Source: Paracoccus suum
GTDB taxonomy: Bacteria > Pseudomonadota > Alphaproteobacteria > Rhodobacterales > Rhodobacteraceae
NCBI RefSeq assembly: GCF_003324675.1
Contig: NZ_CP030918.1
Coordinates: 2,730,001 to 2,762,000, forward strand
Direction: 5' to 3'
DNA: 32,000 nucleotides
A program made the position numbers and the translations under genes. This document shows positions 8,911-16,988 of the stretch, one piece after another. Each line of letters begins with the position of its first letter. Positions within the stretch are counted from its first letter, which is position 1. Below the pieces are notes generated by a model. The model did no database searches. It was not told the origin of the DNA and worked only from the letters and a program-made list of their open reading frames with translations.

Positions 8911-9734
8911 TGAACGCCGCGCCCGGAGATTTCCACATGCCAGGGGGCGATGCGCCGCTCCAGCCAACCGACCGCAGCCGTCGCGATCACCGCACCAGCC
9001 ATGATGACGATGATCGGCGCCAGCATCCGCGCTGTCTCGAAGTTATTCGACGCCGTCAGGATGACGCCGCCCAACCCGGAGACGGCGGTAAAGAATTCGG
9101 CCACGATGATCGCGATCACCGCCTTGCCGATCGCGAGCCTGATCCCGGCCATGATGTAGGGCACGACGGCGGGCAGCACGATGCGGGTCAGGATGGTGAA
9201 GGGGCTTGCGACGAAGGACTTCCCGACCTCGAGAAGCGATCGGGGCACCGACTTAACTCCTATCCAGGTGTTGATGCAGATCGGAAAGAAGGTCAGCAGG
9301 GTGACGATCGCGGTCTTTACTGCGAACCCCAGTCCGAACCACAGGACCAGCAGCGGAACCAAGGCGATCAATGGCATGGCATATCCGGCGGTAACGTAAA
9401 TGCCGAAGGCGGCCTCGACCCAACGGAAGCGGCCGAGAAGAAGGCCGAAGGGGATGCCCATCACGAGGGCGAGCAGGAAGCCGGCGGCCATCGGGCGGGT
9501 GCTTTCCCATCCCGCCTTCCACAGCGTGCCTTCTTTGGCCATCACCACCAGCTCGCGGGCGATTGCGGTGGGATAGCTGCCAAACAGCGGATTCACATTG
9601 CGGCCGAAATACTCCCACAGCAAAAGCACGATGAGGATCGAGGCGGTCGTTATGGCCGGTGCCGGGACGCTGAAGCGCGCGGGCTGCGCGTCTGACGGAG
9701 CGGTGTCTTCGAGGATCACGGGATTAGAGCTCAT
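8907..9734 (-). CDS. ABC transporter permease (NitT/TauT family)
   Basis: Polytopic membrane protein with about 6 hydrophobic segments and the typical BPD_transp_1-like pattern. Start ATG 9734 (MSSNPVILED) forms an ATGA overlap with the ATPase stop. Confidence 0.85.
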   Translation of the reverse strand: MSSNPVILEDTAPSDAQPARFSVPAPAITTASILIVLLLWEYFGRNVNPLFGSYPTAIARELVVMAKEGTLWKAGWESTRPMAAGFLLALVMGIPFGLLLGRFRWVEAAFGIYVTAGYAMPLIALVPLLVLWFGLGFAVKTAIVTLLTFFPICINTWIGVKSVPRSLLEVGKSFVASPFTILTRIVLPAVVPYIMAGIRLAIGKAVIAIIVAEFFTAVSGLGGVILTASNNFETARMLAPIIVIMAGAVIATAAVGWLERRIAPWHVEISGRGVQ

Positions 9735-10585
9735 CGCAGGCCAACCTCTTGCTTGGTTTCCGGCAGGTGGCGCAGCAACTCCCACAGGTGGACACGGGCA
9801 CGACCGAACTCGGGCCGGGCGCGCATCTCGGCAAGCGGGCCGCGGGGCCGCGGAAGACCGATTTCAATGATGTCCTTCACAGCGCCGCGTTCCATGACGA
9901 CCACGCGGTCGGCCAGCAGGACCGCCTCGTCCAGATCATGGGTGACGATGATGATGGTTTTGCCGGTAGCGGCCTGAATATCCAGCAGCTCTGCCTGGAG
10001 GCTCTCGCGTGTCTGCGCGTCGAGAGCACCGAAGGGTTCGTCCATCAGCAAAACTTCGGGCTCGATCGCCAGGGCACGGGCGATTCCGACGCGTTGCTTC
10101 ATGCCACCCGACAATTGGTGAGGCTTGCGGTCGCGTGCGTTTTGCAGCCCGACCATCGCGAGGAACCGCTCGGCCGTGCGGCGGCGAAGCGGTTGCCGGA
10201 TGCCTTTGGTCATCAACCCGAACTCGATGTTCGCCAACGCGGTGCGCCAAGGCAGAAGTTCGGCGTGCTGAAACACCAAACCCCGATCATATCCGCAGCC
10301 GCGAACCCGCTTGCCCGAAACGCGGACCTCGCCGGCAGTCGCGGTCTCCAAACCCATGATGATGCGAAGCAACGTCGTCTTGCCGCATCCGCTGGCGCCT
10401 GTGACTGCGACGATCTCGCCCTTGCGAACGGCAAAATCTACGCCGCAAAGGGCCGGAATGCGCTTGGATTGACCGGCGATCGTGATCCGGAAATCCTTTC
10501 GAAGGCCGGTGATGGACACATGCGGGGCATCGGCCTCCAGGACCGCGGGCGCGGTCCAGGCATCGCGCTGCAGCGCCGCCATCAT
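9731..10585 (-). CDS. ABC transporter ATP-binding protein (NitT/TauT family)
   Basis: Walker A GASGCGKTTLL, Q-loop, signature LSGGMKQRVGIARAL, Walker B LLMDEPFGALD, H-loop VTHD. ATGA overlap with the upstream SBP gene at 10582-10585. Confidence 0.9.
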   Translation of the reverse strand: MMAALQRDAWTAPAVLEADAPHVSITGLRKDFRITIAGQSKRIPALCGVDFAVRKGEIVAVTGASGCGKTTLLRIIMGLETATAGEVRVSGKRVRGCGYDRGLVFQHAELLPWRTALANIEFGLMTKGIRQPLRRRTAERFLAMVGLQNARDRKPHQLSGGMKQRVGIARALAIEPEVLLMDEPFGALDAQTRESLQAELLDIQAATGKTIIIVTHDLDEAVLLADRVVVMERGAVKDIIEIGLPRPRGPLAEMRARPEFGRARVHLWELLRHLPETKQEVGLR

Positions 10586-11547
10586 TTCGCCGACAACGCG
10601 AGGGCGGCGCGGCGCACCGTGTCATCGACCATCGTTGCCGGATCGAACTTCGCGTCGATGTTGCCCGTTTTCGCCAGAACGTCGCGCAGCCAGTTCAGCT
10701 TTTCGACCGGGACATTGAAATCCATCGCAATGACCCCGGGTTTGCTGGCGAGGTCGTAAGCATAGGCTGCGGTTTCATCGCCATCGGGAAGTTGGGCGAT
10801 CTTCTTGGACAGCGCCAAGGTCTCGTCCTTGTGGGCAAAGGCGTATTTATAAGCTGCCATCTCCGCCGCAATGAATTTGGCCGCGGATTCCTTGGTCGTC
10901 GCGTCTCCGCGCATGACCATGCACAGTCGCATGTAATTGGGTAGCATCGTCTGGCCATCGACGATGGGTTTCAGTCCCAGCTTTTCCGCCTGTGGGGTAA
11001 ACTCGGTCGACGACGGCGCCGCGTCCGCGACGCCGGAGACAACGGCCTTGACGCGGTCCGCGTCCCCTCCGGACGTGACCAAGGTTACCGAGTCGACGGG
11101 AATGCCCTTCTCGATCAGGACCGCCCGCGTGAAAACATCCGGCAATGCCCCCGGCGCCGAAACGGCGACCGTCTTGCCCTGAAGGTCCTCGGCGCTCGCC
11201 AAGGTCTTGGAGAAGATCGAGTATGTAAAGCCCTGCCAGTGGCAGCCGACGATCTTGAGCTTGCCCCCTTTGCTGGCAGCGATCATGGGGCCGGCAGGGT
11301 TGCCCTCGTAGCTGTCGAGCTGGCCAGCCAGCAGCGCCCTCAGGGCCAGCGCGTCGCCCTTGAATTCGCTGACCTGGATGTCGAGACCCTGTTTTTCATC
11401 CATCCCCCCCTCGGCAGCCATGTAGATCAGGCCCGCATCGCCTTTCGCGGCGACCGTCCCGTGCCGCCAGACTTCGAGATCGGCCGCCTGGGCCGCGAAA
11501 GCGGTACAAGCTGCGAGCGCGGCGGTAAGCGTCATTCGGCTTAGCAT
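10582..11547 (-). CDS. ABC transporter periplasmic substrate-binding protein, NMT1/THI5-like, paralog 2 (first gene of the operon)
   Basis: 321-aa ORF with signal peptide MLSRMTLTAALAACTAFAAQA/AD and a strong SD AAGGGGAGA 5 nt upstream of ATG 11547. Paralogous to the product of 6129-7106. Confidence 0.85.
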   Translation of the reverse strand: MLSRMTLTAALAACTAFAAQAADLEVWRHGTVAAKGDAGLIYMAAEGGMDEKQGLDIQVSEFKGDALALRALLAGQLDSYEGNPAGPMIAASKGGKLKIVGCHWQGFTYSIFSKTLASAEDLQGKTVAVSAPGALPDVFTRAVLIEKGIPVDSVTLVTSGGDADRVKAVVSGVADAAPSSTEFTPQAEKLGLKPIVDGQTMLPNYMRLCMVMRGDATTKESAAKFIAAEMAAYKYAFAHKDETLALSKKIAQLPDGDETAAYAYDLASKPGVIAMDFNVPVEKLNWLRDVLAKTGNIDAKFDPATMVDDTVRRAALALSAK

Positions 11548-11600
11548 CGATATCTCCCCTTATCTCTCCCGCCTGCAGAATCCCGCGGGTCCATTCGGCA

Positions 11601-11624
11601 TGTATTATTGTATGACAGAATGAC
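11601..11624. promoter_or_regulatory. Putative GntR/FadR-type operator (core TGTATGACA at 11609-11617)
   Basis: An AT-rich patch tgtattatTGTATGACAgaatgac lies in the 113-nt gap upstream of the ABC/TPP/ALDH operon. The core has the GT-N-AC architecture typical of GntR-family operators. The same 8-mer recurs at 14195 and 17600. Confidence 0.5.
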
Positions 11625-11660
11625 GGCCGTTCTCCCGTCGCGCAAGAACTTTCCGGCGCC

Positions 11661-12899
11661 TTAGTCCAGTTTCATGGCTGCGGCAGTTCGCTGCGCACGC
11701 AACATCGAGCTGCCGAGCAGGAATGCCTTTGCCTTGACGGGATCGGCGGCGATCTGGCGCAGGTTCTCCATGTTCTCGCGCCGGGTCTCAGGGTCGGAAG
11801 CCTCGAGCCGCTTCTTGTTCTCGATGCTCTGCGCCTGGACGAAGTTGATCGAAAGCGAGCGTCTTTGCAGATCGTAAAGGTCCAAAACCTCCTCGCCCGC
11901 ACGGCCGTGCCAGAGGTCCGATAGCTTGGCGACCAGATTGCCCGCGTCCTGGATTCCGCCGTTCAGACCCATCCCGCCGATGGGATTGTTGATATGTGCG
12001 GCGTCGCCCGCGAGCAGAATGCGTCCCTTCCGGAACCGCTCGGCCACCCGTTGATGCACGCGGTAGAGATTGCGGTGAACAATCTCGTGGTCGCGATCGA
12101 GCGGAAAGAATTTCTGCATCTTTGCCTGCACCGCCTCGTCGGACATGATCTCGTCCTCGCTGAGGTCAGTCGAAACCGGGAATACCGTCCGCCACAGGCC
12201 GGGCGGGCCATCCGCGATCACCTTGAAGCAGTTGCACCACTCCTCGGGGTCCGCAAAGTAGCTGCGAAAGCAATACCCCCGCTCTGCTTCGAAATCGAAC
12301 GGGGTGGTTAGAACCAGAAACTGCTCCGGGTAGGTGAAGCCGTCGAAAGGAATTTCCGCGGCCTTCCGGACCAGGCTGCGCCCGCCATCCGCGCCGACCA
12401 GCCAGCTGCCGGTCAGCCGGCTGGGTGCGTCTTGTGACCCTGTCGGGCGAACATCCAGCCAAACGCCGTCGTCGTCCTGGCCTGCGGCGACCACGTCGTA
12501 ACCCATCATGATTTCCGCGTCCGCCTCTCGGCGCAGGTGCGCCAGGGCAATACGCGATGTCTTGAACTGTTCGCACTGCACCACATAGGGAAAGCGCGTT
12601 TCGTCTGCGAGCAGCCCGTGGTCGAACTCGGCTACCAGCTCGCAGGCTGGTCGATCCCAGAACTGAAATACTGGCGCGACCAGACCGGCTGCGCGGACCT
12701 CGCCCTCCAGCCCGAAATCGTCCAGCACTTCCAGCGTGGCTGGATGGGTCGTCGCCGCCCGTGGATCGTCCCTTATCTGGCTTTCACGCTCGACGAGCGT
12801 GACGGGGACTCCCCGGCGGGCGAGCCCCAGCGCGACGAGCAATCCTACGGGGCCGCCGCCTGCGATCAGAACTCGGCCTTGGATATTGTTGTCGGGCAT
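11661..12899 (-). CDS. Class A FAD-dependent monooxygenase (aromatic/heteroaromatic ring hydroxylase family)
   Basis: GxGxxG fold VLIAGGGPVGLLVALGLARRGVPVTLVERE, DG motif VGADGGRSLVRK and GD motif LLAGDAAHINNPIGGMGLNGGIQDAGNL. ATG 12899 is preceded by a GAGGA SD that overlaps the stop of the upstream amidohydrolase. The track start at 12911 is a TTG. Confidence 0.85.
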   Translation of the reverse strand: MPDNNIQGRVLIAGGGPVGLLVALGLARRGVPVTLVERESQIRDDPRAATTHPATLEVLDDFGLEGEVRAAGLVAPVFQFWDRPACELVAEFDHGLLADETRFPYVVQCEQFKTSRIALAHLRREADAEIMMGYDVVAAGQDDDGVWLDVRPTGSQDAPSRLTGSWLVGADGGRSLVRKAAEIPFDGFTYPEQFLVLTTPFDFEAERGYCFRSYFADPEEWCNCFKVIADGPPGLWRTVFPVSTDLSEDEIMSDEAVQAKMQKFFPLDRDHEIVHRNLYRVHQRVAERFRKGRILLAGDAAHINNPIGGMGLNGGIQDAGNLVAKLSDLWHGRAGEEVLDLYDLQRRSLSINFVQAQSIENKKRLEASDPETRRENMENLRQIAADPVKAKAFLLGSSMLRAQRTAAAMKLD

Positions 12900-12907
12900 C
12901 GGAATCC

Positions 12908-14107
12908 TCAATGTGCTGCGGCGCCGGAAAAATCGAATGGCACCCGGTTCTGGGCGACGCGAACCTGGCGCGTGGTGGCTGGCGTATTTCTGCTGCGGCC
13001 TACGAACCGGGGAACGCCGCCCGAGATCACGGCCCCGATGGCGACCGGATCGCCGTTGGAAAGCGACGCCAGCGCATCCTTGCCCGAGCCGCCAAGCGGG
13101 GTGTCGATGAGCGCCAGGTCCGCGTCGCGTCCGGGGGCGATAAAGCCACTATTTCGACGGTAGACGCGGGCATTACTGCCTGTCGCCGCGCAGATCGCGC
13201 GCTCAGGGGCGATGCCGCCCAGGCTCGCGAGGTGGCTGATCGTGTAGATCATCCCCAAAGGCATGATACCGCTGCCAGTCGGGGTGTCGGTCGCGATCAG
13301 CACCCGCTCAAAGCAACCAGCCTCCTCGGCCAGCCTGGCGCATAGAAGGGCGGTGCGAAGATTGCCCGCCGTGCAGATTTGCAGAGCCACGTCGCTTTCA
13401 GCGATGACTTTGGGAAAATCCGCGTCGGGCATGGCGACCGGGCCGCCATTGACATGGAACGACACATCGGGCGCGACGGCGATCACATCGGCACCATGTA
13501 TCGGCGCACTGCCGGGAATGGACGCACCGCCAGTGTGCATTGTCGTGATCATGCCGTGGGCCTTGGCCGCGGCGACCAGCGGGGCGTAGTCGCCTGGACT
13601 TGCCACGGCGCCGAACCCCGCCTTGGCCAACCAGACCCCCTGAGCCGCAAGCTGTGCAAAATCCTCAGCGACGAGGCCGGGCTCCAGGATCACCGAACCC
13701 GCCCAAACCCGCATCCCGCCGGGACGATAGTTGGCAAAGCAGCGTTGCGCCGCCAGTGCCAGGGCTTTCACACCTTCCGGGTCTATAGGGCGGCCGGGCA
13801 CATGGACCTCGGATGCGCTTATGGCAGTCGTCACGCCGCCGTGGAGGTAGCTCTCCAGGTAACCGACCGTTTTTTGCCGCGGCGTGTAATCGCCGAAGGT
13901 GATGTGGACATGACTGTCGATCAGGCCGGGAATCAGAGTGGTGCCGCCAGCGTCGATGACAACGTCACAGCTTTCGACGAGGCCGGGATCTGCGGTCCCG
14001 ACCGAGTGGATCAGCCCACCCTCGGTCACGACCGCGTCGGCGTTGCCGAGAGGCTCGGCCAAATCCCCCGTTACAAGCTGACCGATGTTGGTGATTGCGA
14101 TCCGCAT
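12908..14107 (-). CDS. Metal-dependent amidohydrolase-superfamily hydrolase (enamidase-like subgroup, tentative)
   Basis: 399-aa ORF with the N-terminal composite domain and HxH metal motif PGLIDSHVHITFGDYTPRQKT, then LHGGVTT, MHTGGASIPGS, HVNGGP and a late Asp in IATDTPTGSG. Resemblance to enamidase is from memory only. An AAGGGG SD precedes ATG 14107. Confidence 0.8.
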   Translation of the reverse strand: MRIAITNIGQLVTGDLAEPLGNADAVVTEGGLIHSVGTADPGLVESCDVVIDAGGTTLIPGLIDSHVHITFGDYTPRQKTVGYLESYLHGGVTTAISASEVHVPGRPIDPEGVKALALAAQRCFANYRPGGMRVWAGSVILEPGLVAEDFAQLAAQGVWLAKAGFGAVASPGDYAPLVAAAKAHGMITTMHTGGASIPGSAPIHGADVIAVAPDVSFHVNGGPVAMPDADFPKVIAESDVALQICTAGNLRTALLCARLAEEAGCFERVLIATDTPTGSGIMPLGMIYTISHLASLGGIAPERAICAATGSNARVYRRNSGFIAPGRDADLALIDTPLGGSGKDALASLSNGDPVAIGAVISGGVPRFVGRSRNTPATTRQVRVAQNRVPFDFSGAAAH

Positions 14108-14194
14108 AAGCCGCCCCTTGTGTCTCGGTATCCCGGTCTCCGCTGCGGCCTTCGGCCAACAGAGCTTTCTCTCTGGTGAGACTAGAAAAACTTT

Positions 14195-14219
14195 TGTATG
14201 ACGAGAATACAGTATGTCA
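14195..14219. promoter_or_regulatory. Putative GntR/FadR-type operator pair in the divergent promoter region (TGTATGACG 14195-14203 plus related aGTATGTCA 14212-14219)
   Basis: The sequence ttTGTATGACgagaatacaGTATGTCAa lies between the divergently transcribed amidohydrolase operon (start 14107) and the EthD-like/GntR operon (start 14233). It is the most AT-rich patch of the intergenic region. Confidence 0.5.
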
Positions 14220-14232
14220 ATGGGAGACCGAC

Positions 14233-14886
14233 ATGGCGGGCGCAGTTCTTTTCTCGGAGATGACCCCTTCCCCGGACTGGGAGGGCGAGTTCAATGAGTG
14301 GTACGACAACGAACACATCCCCTTGCGCATGACGGTGCCGGGATTCACGGGCGCCCAACGCTACAAGCGCAATGACCGCGATTACCTCGCTGTCTACGAC
14401 ATGACCGGCACCGACGTCCTGCAAACCCCGGCCTATGTCGAAATCAAGGACAATCCGACGGCCATGACTGCGCGGATGCTCGGTTCCGTAGGCGGATTTA
14501 CCCGCTACATCGGCACCGAGATCGGCTTTCAGTCTAACGTGGCGCTTGACGACGCAATTCCCGCTCCGGTGCTGTATTCCGTACTATTTTCAGTTCCCGG
14601 CGACCGGCTTGGCGACTTTGACGCGTGGTATGACCAGGACCATCTGCCCGCCCTCCTCGAAAACCCCGACTGGCTGGCTTGCCGTCGCTTTTCGCTCGAA
14701 GTCGCGCATCCGCAACCTTTCAACCGCCTCGCGCTTCACTACCTGGCCACTGACGAAGCCTTGGATTCCCCGGCCCGCGAGAAGGCCCGTGCAACGCCCG
14801 GGCGGGCGCGGCTTGCCGCCGAGCCTTGGTTTCAGGCCGATTATAAGGTCTTTTACCTCCACGGCGAACGGTTTAGCGCAAGGTGA
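14233..14886 (+). CDS. Tandem EthD-like / dimeric alpha-beta-barrel domain protein (function unknown)
   Basis: ATG 14233 is preceded by a GGGAGA SD, and the track start GTG 14176 would run through the operator region. There is an internal duplication: EGEFNEWYDNEHIPLRMTVPGFTGAQRY versus LGDFDAWYDQDHLPALLENPDWLACRRF. The F..WY...H.P motif resembles EthD-like domains from memory. Confidence 0.6.
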   Translation: MAGAVLFSEMTPSPDWEGEFNEWYDNEHIPLRMTVPGFTGAQRYKRNDRDYLAVYDMTGTDVLQTPAYVEIKDNPTAMTARMLGSVGGFTRYIGTEIGFQSNVALDDAIPAPVLYSVLFSVPGDRLGDFDAWYDQDHLPALLENPDWLACRRFSLEVAHPQPFNRLALHYLATDEALDSPAREKARATPGRARLAAEPWFQADYKVFYLHGERFSAR

Positions 14887-14895
14887 CGGCGTAAA

Positions 14896-15609
14896 ATGAG
14901 GGCGGTCATGAGTGGAAAGCTTGCCACGAGCAAACCGCAAGCGGGCGTAGCGGCCCTGAGGTCGATCGGAACGCCGGTGCTGGTCCGCGAGCAAGCCTAT
15001 GACGGTTTGCGCGATGCCATCGTGAATGGTCAGCTGCCGCCTGGCACGCGCCTTGTCGAGCGCGAGCTATGCGAGGCGCTCGGGGTCAGCCGCACGTCAC
15101 TGCGCGAGGCGCTGCGGCGCCTCGAGGCGCAACGCCTGATCCAGGTCGAAGGCAGGCGCGGGCCGACGGTGGCCCGCCTCACCCGTGACCAGGCCTCGCA
15201 GATCTACACCCTGCGCAAGTATCTCGAGGGAGAGCTGTTCGACCGCTTGGCCCGCCTGACAGACCCCGCGAACCTGACCGAGCTTACCGCAGCATTCGAC
15301 AGCTTCCACCATGCGGTGAACGATCAGGATGTTGCGCGGGCGGTCGAGGTGATGGTCGAATTCTATGCCGTCGCCACGAGGATGCCCAGCGTCGACGTGA
15401 TCGAGGAAGTCCTGAGCGAGTTGACCGCCCGGGTAAGCTACCTGCGCTATCGCACCATGTCGCGCCCGGGCCGCATGGAGCAATCGCTACGCGAAATCAG
15501 GGCTATCGTCGAGGCCGTAGCCGCAGGCGATCCAGAAAGGGCACGTGCGGCCGCGGTTGAGCATATCGACAAGGCCGCGACGATTGCCCTGAAACTGCTG
15601 GACAACTGA
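14896..15609 (+). CDS. GntR-family transcriptional regulator, FadR subfamily (FCD effector domain)
   Basis: N-terminal winged HTH: AYDGLRDAIVNGQLPPGTRLVERELCEALGVSRTSLREALRRLEAQRLI. The all-helical C-terminal domain is typical of FCD. It lies 9 nt downstream of the EthD-like gene and is probably co-transcribed with it. Confidence 0.9.
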   Translation: MRAVMSGKLATSKPQAGVAALRSIGTPVLVREQAYDGLRDAIVNGQLPPGTRLVERELCEALGVSRTSLREALRRLEAQRLIQVEGRRGPTVARLTRDQASQIYTLRKYLEGELFDRLARLTDPANLTELTAAFDSFHHAVNDQDVARAVEVMVEFYAVATRMPSVDVIEEVLSELTARVSYLRYRTMSRPGRMEQSLREIRAIVEAVAAGDPERARAAAVEHIDKAATIALKLLDN

Positions 15610-15616
15610 TCGGATT

Positions 15617-16987
15617 TTATCGCGACACCATCCAGCGGGCAAAGGCGAACAGGGCTGCATCCTGACCCTGCGCCGCGAGCAGCTGGATACCCAAGGGTAG
15701 ACCTTCGTCCTGCAGGATCGGCAACGAGACTGCGGGCACGCCCAGCAGTGACGCGGGGACGTTGAAGGCTGGATCGCCAGTCGAGTCCGCGCCCACCGGA
15801 GCGGCACCGGTTGCGGCCAAGGTGATGGTCCCATCGTACCGTTGCATCACGTTGTCGAACACGGTTCGGGCTGCGTCCCTTTGACTTAGGGCCTGCGCGT
15901 AGTCTGACTGGGTCATTTCCTCGGCGGTCGAAAGGCGCCTGCGCATGACGGGACTGAGTTTGCTTGCATCCTGTCTCGCGTAGGTCCCGAGGGGCCAGCG
16001 GAACTCCCAAGCATTGATCTTTTGGGTCAGCGGCAATGCATCCGCGATCGCTTGCTCCACACCGGCGAGCGCCGGGTCCGTCGCCTCGTCGACTACATCC
16101 ACGCCACGTCGCCGCAACTCCTCGACGAGAGCATCGAAGGCAGTTCGTGCGCCGGAGGTCGCACGCGGCCAACCCTCCGTGCGCAAAAGTGCGAGCCGCG
16201 TCGGCTGGACGGCAGGCGGCAAATCGTCGGGCCCCGAAAGCCCCGGGTGACCGGGATCCCCGCCCACGCGCTTCGCGATTGTCCGGGCGGCAAGCCACAG
16301 ATCCTCCAACGAGGCGCCAAGCAAACCGACGCAGCTTTGGCTGAGATAATCGTAGCTGCCGCCGCGGTTGAGCGCACCGAAGGTTGGCTTGAAGCCGTAA
16401 CATCCACAGTAGCTTGCCGGCCGCAGTGTCGAGCCGACCACCTGACTGCCAAGCGCAATGGGAACGAACCCAGCACCCACTGCCGCCGCCGATCCGCTGC
16501 TGGAACCCCCCGGCGTCCGAGCAGGATCATGAGGGTTGGTGGTGCGTGCAAAAAGTTCTGTGGTGGCGAACTCGGTCGTCGTCGTTTTTCCGACGATGAC
16601 CGCGCCAGCCTCGCGAAGCGCCTGCACGCTCGCCGCATCGCGTCGCGTCTCGAAACCCTCCCAGAGGGGCGAGCCTTGGCCGGTGGGCATATCGCTTGTC
16701 TCTATGATGTCCTTGACGGCGACCGGAATGCCATCGAGCGGCGACAAGGGGCATCCCGCCGCCCACCGTTGCGCCGACGCTGTCGCGGCCGTGCGGGCAG
16801 CATCCCGCGCCTGGCAAACGAACGCGCCGACACGCGGCTCGTCCCGGTCGATCCTCGCGAACGTCTCCTCCAGAACGCTGACAGGTGAGCTTACGCCTGA
16901 CCGAAATCTTGCCGTTAACGCGGCAGAGGGCGTCAGAGCGCCCTGCCCCGCGTCGCGCTGCAAGTCGTCAACCTCATACAAGGCCAT
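15617..16987 (-). CDS. Amidase-signature (AS) family amidase
   Basis: Catalytic Lys context VAVKDIIETSDMPT and AS signature GGSSSGSAAAVGAGFVPIALGSQVVGSTLRPASYCG. ATG 16987 lies 1 nt after the TAA stop of the upstream gene, so the earlier track start at 17023 is unlikely. It converges on the GntR gene with only 7 nt between the stops. Confidence 0.9.
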   Translation of the reverse strand: MALYEVDDLQRDAGQGALTPSAALTARFRSGVSSPVSVLEETFARIDRDEPRVGAFVCQARDAARTAATASAQRWAAGCPLSPLDGIPVAVKDIIETSDMPTGQGSPLWEGFETRRDAASVQALREAGAVIVGKTTTTEFATTELFARTTNPHDPARTPGGSSSGSAAAVGAGFVPIALGSQVVGSTLRPASYCGCYGFKPTFGALNRGGSYDYLSQSCVGLLGASLEDLWLAARTIAKRVGGDPGHPGLSGPDDLPPAVQPTRLALLRTEGWPRATSGARTAFDALVEELRRRGVDVVDEATDPALAGVEQAIADALPLTQKINAWEFRWPLGTYARQDASKLSPVMRRRLSTAEEMTQSDYAQALSQRDAARTVFDNVMQRYDGTITLAATGAAPVGADSTGDPAFNVPASLLGVPAVSLPILQDEGLPLGIQLLAAQGQDAALFAFARWMVSR

Positions 16988-16988
16988 C

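Noticed and set aside
7150-11547. Interpretation as a taurine/sulfoacetaldehyde locus (tauABC plus xsc) because of the NitT/TauT-type transporter next to a TPP enzyme
   Set aside because: The TPP protein's N-terminal and central motifs look benzoylformate-decarboxylase/ALS-like rather than Xsc-like from memory. No pta, tauXY/tpa or sulfite exporter/dehydrogenase genes are present. The surrounding monooxygenase, amidohydrolase and amidase genes do not fit taurine metabolism.
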